Shown here in pieces: positions 41,601-57,512 of a DNA stretch of 64,000 bases. The stretch is from Eledone cirrhosa (Eukaryota). Made by a program: the position numbers and the translations under genes. The stretch spans positions 21,762,001 to 21,826,000 of the forward strand of contig OZ024743.1 of NCBI GenBank assembly GCA_964016885.1, in the 5' to 3' direction. Below the pieces are notes generated by a model. The model was not told the DNA's origin. It saw only the letters and a list, made by a program, of their open reading frames with translations, and searched no databases. The first letter of the stretch is position 1. Every line of letters begins with the position of its first letter.

Positions 41601-44600
41601 CTGCACTACCCTCTTAAACTGGTACATTACTGCACTACCCTCTTAAACTAGTACATTACTGCACTACCCTCTTAAACTGGTACATTACTGCACTACCCCC
41701 TGAAACTGGTACATTACTGCACTACCCTCTTAAACTGGTACATTACTGCACTACCCCCTGAAACTGGTACATTACTGCACTACCCTCTTAAACTGGTACA
41801 TTACTGCACTACCCCTTGAAACTGGTACATTACTGCACTACCCTCTTAAACTGGTACATTACTGCACTACCCCCTGAAACTGGTACATTACTGCACTACC
41901 CCCTGAAACTGGTACATTACTGCACTACCCTCTTAAACTGGTACATTACTGCACTACCCTCTTAAACTGGTACATTACTGCACTACCCCCTGAAACTGGT
42001 ACATTACTGCACTACCCCCTGAAACTGGTACATTACTGCACTACCCCCTGAAACTAGTACATTACTGCACTACCCCCTGAAACTGGTACATTACTGCACT
42101 ACCCCCTGAAACTGGTACATTACTGCACTACCCTCTTAAACTGGTACATTACTGCACTACCCCCTGAAACTGGTACATTACTGCACTACCCTCTTAAACT
42201 GGTACATTACTGCACTACCCCTTGAAACTGGTACATTACTGCACTACCCTCTTAAACTGGTACATTACTGCACTACCCCCTGAAACTGGTACATTACTGC
42301 ACTACCCCCTGAAACTGGTACATTACTGCACTACCCTCTTAAACTGGTACATTACTGCACTACCCCCTGAAACTAGTACATTACTGCACTACCCCCTGAA
42401 ACTAGTACATTACTGCACTACCCCCTGAAACTGGTACATTACTGCACTACCCCCAAAAACTAGTACATTACTGCACTACCCCCTGAAACTGGTACATTAC
42501 TGCACTACCCCCTGAAACTAGTACATTACTGCACTACCCCCTGAAACTGGTACATTACTGCACTACCCCCTGAAACTAGTACATTACTGCACTACCCCCT
42601 GAAACTGGTACATTACTGCACTACCCCCTGAAACTGGTACATTACTGCACTACCCCCTGAAACTAGTACATTACTGCACTACCCTCTTAAACTGGTACAT
42701 TACTGCACTACCCCCTGAAACTGGTACATTACTGCACTACCCTCTTAAACTGGTACATTACTGCACTACCCCCTGAAACTGGTACATTACTGCACTACCC
42801 TCTTAAACTGGTACATTACTGCACTACCCCCTGAACCTGGTACATTACTGCACTACCCTCTTAAACTGGTACATTACTGCACTACCCCCTGAAACTGGTA
42901 CATTACTGCACTACCCTCTTAAACTGGTACATTACTGCACTACCCTCTGAAACTGGTACATTACTGCACTACCCCCTGAAACTAGTACATTACTGCACTA
43001 CCCCCTGAAACTAGTACATTACTGCACTACCCTCTTAAACTGGTACATTACTGCACTACCCTCTTAAACTGGTACATTACTGCACTACCCCCTGAAAATA
43101 GTACATTACTGCACTACCCTCTTAAACTGGTACATTACTGCACTACCCCCTGAAACTGGTACATTACTGCACTACCCTCTTAAACTGGTACATTACTGCA
43201 CTACCCCCTGAAACTGGTACATTACTGCTCTACCCTCTGAAACTGGTACATTACTGCACTACCCCCTGAAACTGGTACATTACTGCACTACCCTCTTAAA
43301 CTGGTACATTACTGCAGTACCCCCTGAAACTAGTACATTACTGCACTACCCCCTGAAACTGGTACATTACTGCACTACCCTCTTAAACTGGTACATTACT
43401 GCACTACCCCCTGAAACTAGTACATTACTGCACTACCCCCTGAAACTGGTACATTACTGCACTACCCCCTGAAACTGGTACATTACTGCACTACCCCCTG
43501 AAACTGGTACATTACTAAACTACCCCCTGAAACTGGTACATTACTGCACTACCCTCTTAAACTAGTACATTACTGCACTACCCTCTTAAACTGGTACATT
43601 ACTGCACTACCCTCTTAAACTGGTACATTACTGCACTACCCCCGGAAACTGGTACATTACTGCACTACCCCCTGAAACTGGTACATTACTGCACTACCCC
43701 CTGAAACTGGTACATTACTGCACTACCCTCTTAAACTAGTACATTACTGCACTACCCTCTTAAACTGGTACATTACTGCACTACCCTCTTAAACTGGTAC
43801 ATTACTGCACTACCCCCTGAAACTGGTACATTACTGCACTACCCCCTGAAACTGGTACATTACTGCACTACCCCCTGAAACTGGTACATTACTGCACTAC
43901 CCTCTTAAACTGGTACATTACTGCACTACCCTCTTAAACTGGTACATTACTGCACTACCCTCTTAAACTAGTACATTACTGCACTACCCTCTTAAACTGG
44001 TACATTACTGCACTACCCCCTGAAACTGGTACATTACTGCACTACCCCCTGAAACTGGTACATTACTGCACTACCCTCTTAAACTGGTACATTACTGCAC
44101 TAACCTCTTAAACTGGTACATTACTGCACTACCCCCTGAAACTGGTACATTACTGCACTACCCCCTGAAACTGGTACATTACTGCACTACCCTCTTAAAC
44201 CGGTACATTACTGCACTACCCTCTTAAACTGGTACATTACTGCACTACCCTCTTAAACTGGTACATTACTGCACTACCCTCTTAAACTGGTACATTACTG
44301 CACTACCCCCTGAAACTAGTACATTACTGCACTACCCTCTTAAACTGGTACATTACTGCACTACCCCCTGAAACTAGTACATTACTGCACTACCCTCTTA
44401 AACTGGTACATTACTGCACTACCCCCTGAAACTGGTACATTACTGCACTACCCCCTGAAACTGGTACATTACTGCACTACCCTCTTAAACTGGTACATTA
44501 CTGCACTACCCTCTTAAACTGGTACATTACTGCACTACCCTCTTAAACTGGTACATTACTGCACTACCCTCTTAAACTGGTACATTACTGCACTACCCCC

Positions 44601-47600
44601 TGAAACTGGTACATTACTGCACTACCCTCTTAAACTGGTACATTACTGCACTACCCTCTTAAACTGGTACATTACTGCACTACCCTCTTAAACTGGTACA
44701 TTACTGCACTACCCTCTTAAACTGGTACATTACTGCACTACCCTCTTAAACTGGTACATTACTGCACTACCCTCTTAAACTGGTACATTACTGCACTACC
44801 CTCTTAAACTGGTACATTACTGCACTACCCTCTTAAACAGGTACATTACTGCACTACCCCCTGAAACTAGTACATTACTGCACTACCCTCTTAAACTGGT
44901 ACATTACTGCACTACCCTCTTAAACTGGTACATTACTGCACTACCCTCTTAAACTGGTACATTACTGCACTACCCTCTTAAACTAGTACATTACTGCACT
45001 ACCCTCTTAAACTAGTACATTACTGCACTACCCTCTTAAACTAGTACATTACTGCACTACCCTCTTAAACTAGTACATTACTGCACTACCCCCTGAAACT
45101 GGTACATTACTGCACTACCCTCTTAAACTGGTACATTACTGCACTACCCTCTTAAACTAGTACATTACTGCACTACCCTCTTAAACTAGTACATTACTGC
45201 ACTACCCCCTGAAACTGGTACATTACTGCACTACCCTCTTAAACTGGTACATTACTGCACTACCCCCTGAAACTGGTACATTACTGCACTACCCCCTGAA
45301 ACTGGTACATTACTGCACTACCCCCTGAAACTGGTACATTACTGCACTACCCCCTGAAACTGGTACATTACTGCACTACCCCCTGAAACTAGTACATTAC
45401 TGCACTACCCTCTTAAACTGGTACATTACTGCACTACCCTCTTAAACTGGTACATTACTGCACTACCCCCTGAAACTGGTACACTACTGCACTACCCCCT
45501 GAAACTGGTACATTACTGCACTACCCTCTTAAACTGGTACATTACTGCACTACCCCCTGAAACTGGTACATTACTGCACTACCCTCTTAAACTGGTACAT
45601 TACTGCACTACCCTCTTAAACTGGTACATTACTGCACTAACCTCTTAAACTGGTACATTACTGCACTACCCCCTGAAACTGGTACATTACTGCACTACCC
45701 CCTGAAACTGGTACATTACTGCACTACCCTCTTAAACCGGTACATTACTGCACTACCCTCTTAAACTGGTACATTACTGCACTACCCTCTTAAACTGGTA
45801 CATTACTGCACTACCCTCTTAAACTGGTACATTACTGCACTACCCCCTGAAACTAGTACATTACTGCACTACCCTCTTAAACTGGTACATTACTGCACTA
45901 CCCCCTGAAACTAGTACATTACTGCACTACCCTCTTAAACTGGTACATTACTGCACTACCCCCTGAAACTGGTACATTACTGCACTACCCCCTGAAACTG
46001 GTACATTACTGCACTACCCTCTTAAACTGGTACATTACTGCACTACCCTCTTAAACTGGTACATTACTGCACTACCCTCTTAAACTGGTACATTACTGCA
46101 CTACCCTCTTAAACTGGTACATTACTGCACTACCCCCTGAAACTGGTACATTACTGCACTACCCTCTTAAACTGGTACATTACTGCACTACCCTCTTAAA
46201 CTGGTACATTACTGCACTACCCTCTTAAACTGGTACATTACTGCACTACCCTCTTAAACTGGTACATTACTGCACTACCCTCTTAAACTGGTACATTACT
46301 GCACTACCCTCTTAAACTGGTACATTACTGCACTACCCTCTTAAACTGGTACATTACTGCACTACCCTCTTAAACAGGTACATTACTGCACTACCCCCTG
46401 AAACTAGTACATTACTGCACTACCCTCTTAAACTGGTACATTACTGCACTACCCTCTTAAACTGGTACATTACTGCACTACCCTCTTAAACTGGTACATT
46501 ACTGCACTACCCTCTTAAACTAGTACATTACTGCACTACCCTCTTAAACTAGTACATTACTGCACTACCCTCTTAAACTAGTACATTACTGCACTACCCT
46601 CTTAAACTAGTACATTACTGCACTACCCCCTGAAACTGGTACATTACTGCACTACCCTCTTAAACTGGTACATTACTGCACTACCCTCTTAAACTAGTAC
46701 ATTACTGCACTACCCTCTTAAACTAGTACATTACTGCACTACCCCCTGAAACTGGTACATTACTGCACTACCCTCTTAAACTGGTACATTACTGCACTAC
46801 CCCCTGAAACTGGTACATTACTGCACTACCCCCTGAAACTGGTACATTACTGCACTACCCCCTGAAACTGGTACATTACTGCACTACCCCCTGAAACTGG
46901 TACATTACTGCACTACCCCCTGAAACTAGTACATTACTGCACTACCCTCTTAAACTGGTACATTACTGCACTACCCTCTTAAACTGGTACATTACTGCAC
47001 TACCCCCTGAAACTGGTACACTACTGCACTACCCCCTGAAACTGGTACATTACTGCACTACCCTCTTAAACTGGTACATTACTGCACTACCCCCTGAAAC
47101 TGGTACATTACTGCACTACCCTCTTAAACTGGTACATTACTGCACTACCCTCTTAAACTGGTACATTACTGCACTACCCTCTTAAACTAGTACATTACTG
47201 CACTACCCTCTTAAACTGGTACATTACTGCACTACCCCCTGAAACTGGTACATTACTGCACTACCCTCTTAAACTGGTACATTACTGCACTACCCTCTTA
47301 AACTGGTACATTACTGCACTACCCCCTGAAACTGGTACATTACTGCACTACCCTCTTAAACTGGTACATTACTGCACTACCCCCTGAAACTGGTACATTA
47401 CTGCACTACCCTTTTAAACTAGTACATTACTGCACTACCCTCTTAAACTGGTACATTACTGCACTACCCTCTTAAACTGGTACATTACTGCACTACCCTC
47501 TTAAACTGGTACATTACTGCACTACCCTCTTAAACTGGTACATTACTGCACTACCCCCTGAGACTAGTACATTACTGCACTACCCTCTTAAACTGGTACA

Positions 47601-50600
47601 TTACTGCACTACCCTCTTAAACTGGTACATTACTGCACTACCCCCTGAAACTGGTACATTACTGCACTACCCTCTTAAACTGGTACATTACTGCACTAAC
47701 CCCTGAAACTGGTACATTACTGCACTACCCTCTGAAACTGGTACATTACTGCACTACCCCCTGAAACTGGTACATTACTGCACTACCCTCTTAAACTGGT
47801 ACATTACTGCACTACCCTCTTAAACTGGTACATTACTGCACTACCCCCTGAAACTAGTACATTACTGCACTACCCCCTGAAACTGGTACATTACTGCACT
47901 ACCCCCTGAAACTGGTACATTACTGCACTACCCTCTGAAACTGGTACATTACTGCACTACCCTCTGAAACTGGTACATTACTGCACTACCCCCTGAAACT
48001 GGTACATTACTGCACTACCCTCTTAAACTGGTACATTACTGCACTACCCTCTTAAACTGGTACATTACTGCACTACCCCCTGAAACTAGTACATTACTGC
48101 ACTACCCTCTTAAACTGGTACATTACTGCACTACCCTCTTAAACTGGTACATTACTGCACTACCCCCTGAAACTAGTACATTACTGCACTACCCTCTGAA
48201 ACTGGTACATTACTGCACTACTCCCTGAAACTGGTACATTACTGCACTACCCTCTGAAACTGGTACATTACTGCACTACCCCCTGCAACTGGTACATTAC
48301 TGCACTACCCTCTTAAACTGGTACATTAGTGCACTACCCTCTTAAACTGGTACATTACTGCACTACCCCCTGAAACTAGTACATTACTGCACTACCCCCT
48401 GAAACTAGTACATTACTGCACTACCCTCTGTAACTGGTACATTACTGCACTACCCCCTGAAACTGGTACATTACTGCACTACCCTCTGAAACTGGTACAT
48501 TACTGCACTACCCCCTGAAACTGGTACATTACTGCACTACCCTCTGAAACTGGTACATTACTGCACTTCCCCCTGAAACTGGTACATTACTGCACTACCC
48601 TCTTAAACTGGTACATTACTGCACTACCCCCTGAAACTGGTACATTACTGCACTACCCTCTGAAACTGGTACATTACTGCACTACCCCCTGAAACTGGTA
48701 CATTACTGCACTACCCTCTTAAACTGGTACATTACTGCACTACCCTCTTAAACTGGTACATTACTGCACTACCCCCTGAAACTAGTACATTACTGCACTA
48801 CCCCCTGAAACTAGTACATTACTGCACTACCCTCTTAAACTGGTACATTACTGCACTACCCCCTGAAACTGGTACATTACTGCACTACCCTCTTAAACTG
48901 GTACATTACTGCACTACCCTCTGAAACTGGTACATTACTGCACTACCCCCTGAAACTAGTACATTACTGCACTACCCCCTGAAACTAGTACATTACTGCA
49001 CTACCCTCTTAAACTGGTACATTACTGCACTACCCCCTGAAACTGGTACATTACTGCACTACCCCCTGAAACTGGTACATTACTGCACTACCCTCTTAAA
49101 CTGGTACATTACTGCACTACCCTCTTAAACTGGTACATTACTGCACTACCCCCTGAAACTGGTACATTACTGCATTACCCTCTTAAACTGGTACATTACT
49201 GCACTACCCCGTGAAACTAGTACATTACTGCACTACCCTCTTAAACTGGTACATTACTGCACTACCCCCTGAAACTAGTACATTACTGCACTACCCCCTG
49301 AAACTGGTACATTACTGCACTACCCCCTGAAACTGGTACATTACTGCACTACCCCCTGAAACTGGTACATTACTGCACTACCCTCTTAAACTGGTACATT
49401 ACTGCACTACCCCCTGAAACTGGTACATTACTGCACTACCCCCTGAAACTAGTACATTACTGCACTACCCCCTGAAACTGGTACATTACTGCACTACCCT
49501 CTTAAACTGGTACATTACTGCACTACCCCCTGAAACTGGTACATTACTGCACTACCCCCTGAAACTGGTACATTACTGCACTACCCTCTTAAACTGGTAC
49601 ATTACTGCACTACCCCCTGAAACTGGTACATTACTGCACTACCCCCTGAAACTGGTACATTACTGCACTACCCCCTGAAACTGGTACATTACTGCACTAC
49701 CGTCTGAAACTGGTACATTACTGCACTACCCTCTTAAACTAGTACATTACTGCACTACCCTCTTAAACTAGTACATTACTGCACTACCCTCTTAAACTAG
49801 TACATTACTGCACTACCCTCTTAAACTGGTACATTACTGCACTACCCCCTGAAACTGGTACATTACTGCACTACCCCCTGAAACTAGTACATTACTGCAC
49901 TACCCTCTTAAACTGGTACATTACTGCACTACCCTCTTAAACTAGTACATTACTGCACTACCCTCTTAAACTGGTACATTACTGCACTACCCCCTGAAAC
50001 TGGTACATTACTGCACTACCCCCTGAAACTAGTACATTACTGCACTACCCTCTGAAACTGGTACATTACTGCACTACCCCCTGAAACTGGTACATTACTG
50101 CACTACCCTCTGAAACTGGTACATTACTGCACTACCCTCTTAAACTGGTACATTACTGCACTACCCCCTGAAACTAGTACAATACTGCACTACCCTCTTA
50201 AACTGGTACATTACTGCACTACCCTCTTAAACTAGTACATTACTGCACTACCCTCTTAAACTAGTACATTACTGCACTACCCTCTTAAACTAGTACATTA
50301 CTGCACTACCCTCTTAAACTGGTACATTACTGCACTACCCTCTTAAACTGGTACATAACTGCACTACCCCCTGAGACTAGTACATTACTGCACTACCCTC
50401 TTAAACTGGTACATTACTGCACTACCCCCTGAAACTAGTACATTACTGCACTACCCTCTTAAACTAGTACATTACTGCACTACCCTCTTAAACTAGTACA
50501 TTACTGCACTACCCTCTTAAACTGGTACATTACTGCACTACCCTCTTAAACTGGTACATTACTGCACTACCCCCTGAGACTAGTACATTACTGCACTACC

Positions 50601-53600
50601 CTCTTAAACTGGTACATTACTGCACTACCCTCTTAAACTGGTACATTACTGCACTACCCCCTGAAACTAGTACATTACTGCACTACCCCCTGAAACTAGT
50701 ACATTACTGCACTACCCTCTTAAACTGGTACATTACTGCACTACCCCCTGAAACTGGTACATTACTGCACTACCCTCTTAAACTGGTACATTACTGCACT
50801 ACCCTCTGAAACTGGTACATTACTGCACTACCCCCTGAAACTAGTACATTACTGCACTACCCCCTGAAACTAGTACATTACTGCACTACCCTCTTAAACT
50901 GGTACATTACTGCACTACCCCCTGAAACTGGTACATTACTGCACTACCCCCTGAAACTGGTACATTACTGCACTACCCTCTTAAACTGGTACATTACTGC
51001 ACTACCCTCTTAAACTGGTACATTACTGCACTACCCCCTGAAACTGGTACATTACTGCATTACCCTCTTAAACTGGTACATTACTGCACTACCCCCTGAA
51101 ACTAGTACATTACTGCACTACCCTCTTAAACTGGTACATTACTGCACTACCCCCTGAAACTAGTACATTACTGCACTACCCCCTGAAACTGGTACATTAC
51201 TGCACTACCCCCTGAAACTGGTACATTACTGCACTACCCCCTGAAACTGGTACATTACTGCACTACCCTCTTAAACTGGTACATTACTGCACTACCCCCT
51301 GAAACTGGTACATTACTGCACTACCCCCTGAAACTAGTACATTACTGCACTACCCCCTGAAACTGGTACATTACTGCACTACCCTCTTAAACTGGTACAT
51401 TACTGCACTACCCCCTGAAACTGGTACATTACTGCACTACCCCCTGAAACTGGTACATTACTGCACTACCCTCTTAAACTGGTACATTACTGCACTACCC
51501 CCTGAAACTGGTACATTACTGCACTACCCCCTGAAACTGGTACATTACTGCACTACCCCCTGAAACTGGTACATTACTGCACTACCGTCTGAAACTGGTA
51601 CATTACTGCACTACCCTCTTAAACTAGTACATTACTGCACTACCCTCTTAAACTAGTACATTACTGCACTACCCTCTTAAACTAGTACATTACTGCACTA
51701 CCCTCTTAAACTGGTACATTACTGCACTACCCCCTGAAACTGGTACATTACTGCACTACCCCCTGAAACTAGTACATTACTGCACTACCCTCTTAAACTG
51801 GTACATTACTGCACTACCCTCTTAAACTAGTACATTACTGCACTACCCTCTTAAACTGGTACATTACTGCACTACCCCCTGAAACTGGTACATTACTGCA
51901 CTACCCCCTGAAACTAGTACATTACTGCACTACCCTCTGAAACTGGTACATTACTGCACTACCCCCTGAAACTGGTACATTACTGCACTACCCTCTGAAA
52001 CTGGTACATTACTGCACTACCCTCTTAAACTGGTACATTACTGCACTACCCCCTGAAACTAGTACAATACTGCACTACCCTCTTAAACTGGTACATTACT
52101 GCACTACCCTCTTAAACTAGTACATTACTGCACTACCCTCTTAAACTAGTACATTACTGCACTACCCTCTTAAACTAGTACATTACTGCACTACCCTCTT
52201 TAACTGGTACATTACTGCACTACCCTCTTAAACTGGTACATAACTGCACTACCCCCTGAGACTAGTACATTACTGCACTACCCTCTTAAACTGGTACATT
52301 ACTGCACTACCCCCTGAAACTAGTACATTACTGCACTACCCTCTTAAACTAGTACATTACTGCACTACCCTCTTAAACTAGTACATTACTGCACTACCCT
52401 CTTAAACTGGTACATTACTGCACTACCCTCTTAAACTGGTACATTACTGCACTACCCCCTGAGACTAGTACATTACTGCACTACCCTCTTAAACTGGTAC
52501 ATTACTGCACTACCCCCTGAAACTAGTACATTACTGCACTACCCTCTTAAACTAGTACATTACTGCACTACCCTCTTAAACTAGTACATTACTGCACTAC
52601 CCTCTTAAACTGGTACATTACTGCACTACCCTCTTAAACTGGTACATTACTGCACTACCCCCTGAGACTAGTACATTACTGCACTACCCTCTTAAACTGG
52701 TACATTACTGCACTACCCCCTGAAACTAGTACATTACTGCACTACCCTCTTAAACTAGTACATTACTGCACTACCCTCTTAAACTAGTACATTACTGCAC
52801 TACCCTCTTAAACTGGTACATTACTGCACTACCCTCTTAAACTGGTACATTACTGCACTACCCCCTGAGACTAGTACATTACTGCACTACCCTCTTAAAC
52901 TGGTACATTACTGCACTACCCCCTGAAACTGGTACATTACTGCACTACCCTCTTAAACTGGTACATTACTGCACTACCCTCTTAAACTGGTACATTACTG
53001 CACTACCCCCTGAAACTAGTACATTACTGCACTACCCCCTGAAACTGGTACATTACTGCACTACCCTCTTAAACTAGTACATTACTGCACTACCCTCTTA
53101 AACTAGTACATTACTGCACTACCCTCTTAAACTGGTACATTACTGCACTACCCCCTGAAACTGGTACATTACTGCACTACCCTCTTAAACTAGTACATTA
53201 CTGCACTACCCTTTAAACTGGTACATTACTGCACTACCCCCTGAAACTGGTACATTACTGCACTACCCTCTTAAACTAGTACATTACTGCACTACCCTCT
53301 TAAACTGGTACATTACTGCACTACCCCCTGAAACTAGTACATTACTGCACTACCCTCTTAAACTGGTACATTACTGCACTACCCTCTTAAACTAGTACAT
53401 TACTGCACTACCCTCTTAAACTGGTACATTACTGCACTACCCCCTGAAACTAGTACATTACTGCACTACCCCCTGAAACTGGTACATTACTGCACTACCC
53501 TCTTAAACTGGTACATTACTGCACTACCCCCTGAAACTAGTACATTACTGCACTACCCTCTTAAACTGGTACATTACTGCACTACCCCCTGAAACTAGTA

Positions 53601-54363
53601 CATTATGCACTACCCTCTTAAACTAGTACATTACTGCACTACCCCCTGAAACTGGTACATTACTGCACTACCCTCTTAAACTGGTACATTACTGCACTAC
53701 CCTCTTAAACTGGTACATTACTGCACTACCCCCTGAAACTAGTACATTACTGCACTACCCTCTTAAACTGGTACATTACTGCACTACCCTCTTAAACTAG
53801 TACATTACTGCACTACCCTCTTAAACTGGTACATTACTGCACTACCCTCTTAAACTGGTACATTACTGCACTACCCTCTTAAACTGGTACATTACTGCAC
53901 TACCCCCTGAAACTAGTACATTACTGCACTACCCTCTTAAACTGGTACATTACTGCACTACCCCCTGAAACTGGTACATTACTGCACTACCCTCTTAAAC
54001 TGGTACATTACTGCACTACCCCCTGAAACTAGTACATTACTGCACTACCCTCTTAAACTGGTACATTACTGCACTACCCCCTGAAACTAGTACATTACTG
54101 CACTACCCTCTTAAACTGGTACATTACTGCACTACCCCCTGAAACTGGTACATTACTGCACTACCCTCTTAAACTAGTACATTACTGCACTACCCCCTGA
54201 AACTGGTACATTACTGCACTACCCCCTGAAACTAGTACATTACTGCACTACCCCCTGAAACTGGTACATTACTGCACTACCCCCTGAAACTGGTACATTA
54301 CTGCACTACCCCCTGAAACTAGTACATTACTGCACTACCCCCTGAAACTGGTACATTACTGCA
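32615..54363 (+). repeat. 29-bp tandem satellite, ~750 copies, with higher-order structure
   Basis: Monomer ctgaaactggtacattactgcactacccc. Main variants are ccccctga/ccctctta and actggt/actagt. Period 29 checked at several positions. Confidence 0.98.
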
Positions 54364-54714
54364 ACAGCTCTGGCAATTTTGCACGTAATTCAAACCCAAC
54401 TATGCATGTCAATACTGTCCATGAAAATAATTGTTTCTACTTTTGGCACAAGGACAGCAATTATCCCAGTACATTACGGGTATTTTATTTTATCGACCCC
54501 TTAAGGATGAAAAGCAAAGTTAACCTCGGCGGGATTTGAACTCAGATCATAAAGGGAGGTAACCCTTTGCTGCAAAGCATGGCGTCCGACTGTTCATGAA
54601 AATAATGAACAGGAGAGGTCGACGGTAGGCAAGTTTGGTGCAGTCTGCCTCCCACAAAGAATGATTTCGATTTAGAATTATTTATCTGAACACAAATTCT
54701 AAAGCATTTGTACC
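54364..54714 (-). pseudogene. Upstream part of the same decayed RTE LINE, right flank of the satellite, interrupted by a SINE
   Basis: Minus strand YKCFRICVQINNSKSKSFFVGGRLHQTCLPS/LLFIIFM(D)SIDMHS...KIARAVAVM corresponds to RTE 'LY....VRI.G.KS..F.V..GLRQGC.LSP.LFIIFMDRI' and 'RIG.ASAVM', with an internal deletion. Confidence 0.75.
54432..54588 (-). mobile_element. 5'-truncated SINE family A with 18-bp TSD
   Basis: TSD actgt(c/t)catgaaaataat at 54414-54431 / 54589-54606. Confidence 0.9.
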
Positions 54715-54746
54715 ACATGTATACATATATATATACACACACACGC

Positions 54747-54998
<252 letters not shown>

Positions 54999-55478
54999 CA
55001 TTTCTTCATTAGTGGCAGAAATTCAGTGTAGGCTGTCTGGAGATCGGTGAATATTGATTAAAAATTATAAGATCTTATATATTCTCTAAAATTGATTTAT
55101 ATAATATTCTTTATTGTTTTTACTAATTTCAGAAAATATGCAACAGAATCTCTCTCCCACTCCTCTATTTATGTGTATGTACATGTATGTGTGTGATGAT
55201 GTTTGTGTGTGTTAATGTATGTGCGTGTGTAATTTTAAAATAAAAGGATGCTATAATCAAGATACCAGACAATATTAATTACATTGCTGCAAATAAGGAT
55301 GTCTCTATAGGCCTTTGTATGTTCGTTTATTTATGATTACATATATATACATAACTACATACATACATATCTATATATCTATATATAGAAGCATATATGC
55401 ATATATACATACATATGCATATATTCTTTACATACATATTCATATATACTTATACATATATATATTCATATATATTTA

Positions 55479-55515
<37 letters not shown>

Positions 55516-55741
55516 TTATATAAAAAATATTTATACATATATATATATGTTGTTGGTAATACCTCCACTATTACCATCATAATCATCTCCAACAACAATA
55601 TGAAAGCCACTATTACAAGCAATACATCTTAACATCTAATGGAATAATGGACATTTTAGATGATGTAAAACTAGATGCAATGAGAAAATCTGGTTCTATC
55701 GAGAAGCCAATCTTCTTTCAAATCAAGCCTTACCATCTTAA

Positions 55742-55847
<106 letters not shown>

Positions 55848-56833
55848 AATGGCAAATTGGACGATGCAATATTAGATGATATTTGAAAAATTGTCACTAT
55901 CACAGAACCAAATCTCCCCCAAATTAGCACCTACCATCTTCAAAGATATGAGGTGGGGTCAAATTGGACGACATAGTCCCAAATGGGCCCTACTATTTTG
56001 AAAGGTGTTGCTGGGGTACATTGAATGATGCACTCTTAGATACAGTTAGAAAATCTAGGATGGTTATAAATGGAACACCTTTAATAATATGTCGTCTTGA
56101 TCAGAGTTGACCTAGCCTAAACAACAACCAAATATAACATTATATATTCTTCAGTTTTCTTTATCTACTTTAAGACAATAATGTTGCCATACTGTTATAA
56201 CTACAGATAAATAGCAGAGGTAATTTTGTGATATATTCCTGGCAATAACACCTATTAATTCCACCATACCAAGCCTTTCTTTAACAGCAGTCAGGCTTCA
56301 CGTGGTACACAAGAGGTTTCATCTTGCCAGAATATGAAAAAGACATTGCGAGTGATGTGTATTAAGTGTTTTAAACCGCCTGTCTCACGTTTCAGAATGA
56401 ATCTAAAATTTAGCCTTTTGTTATTACCTCTAAATCTACCACCCACCACACTAATAATCCTGACCTCATTATGAAGCCAGTTACATCGTACTACGATATA
56501 AACTTTTTTATTTTTATATATAATTTTTGTTCCACAGTCTGTTAGGCATAGTTAGACAATCGATAAACATCAGCATAAACAACGAATGTTGTTATAGCTA
56601 ATTAGAACGAAAATTGAACTAACACAGGCTTTAAAAACAAAAGAGGCAGCTTTAAGCACACGCATACTATGTACAATAAAATATAAAATTCGAATATCTA
56701 CTCATGTATGTATGTATATATAATATATACTGTATATACATCTGAGCACTGTATACAATAAGTTTAATTATTATTATTTTATTATTATTATATATATATA
56801 TATATATATACATATTAAACTGAATTTAATTAT

Positions 56834-56957
<124 letters not shown>

Positions 56958-57460
56958 ATATATATTGTGTATATATATATATATATATACACATATATAT
57001 ATATTCGAATCTCATAACATTACAGCTGAATTATTTCACCTCATCTGGTCCCGTTTCTTTCATAGCACACCAAAACACATAAAAATAGAAACAGATCCCA
57101 CAAAATTCAAAATGTCATCGAACAAATTTCTCCAAGAAATTCCAGACTCCCTACACCTAGATATCTCTCTCAATACAATAACTCTCTACTTGAGTGGGGC
57201 ATGTTTGCCAGGTGGTACTACTAAGTTAGACGTGGCCTGGGCAAAGTTATCAAGTTAAAGGAATATATATATATAGATAGTTAAGTATCATTATTGTTGA
57301 TGAAGATGCAATTGTTTTGATAATACTTCTCTTCAACTCCATATGTGACAGTCATAATATCTTTACTGACTCGGGCAAGAAAAAAATCTGAAGAATTTTG
57401 CTGTGGGTATTTCAGACTCCTTGAATTAGACAGCTTTTGTTATATATTTGTAAATATATA

Positions 57461-57504
<44 letters not shown>

Positions 57505-57512
<8 letters not shown>

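Noticed and set aside
42222-42428. ORF within the satellite
   Set aside because: Chance stop-free run through 29-bp repeats. No evidence of coding.
32615-54363. CRISPR-like array (29-bp repeat)
   Set aside because: Monomers are directly adjacent with no unique spacers, there are no cas genes, and the context is eukaryotic.
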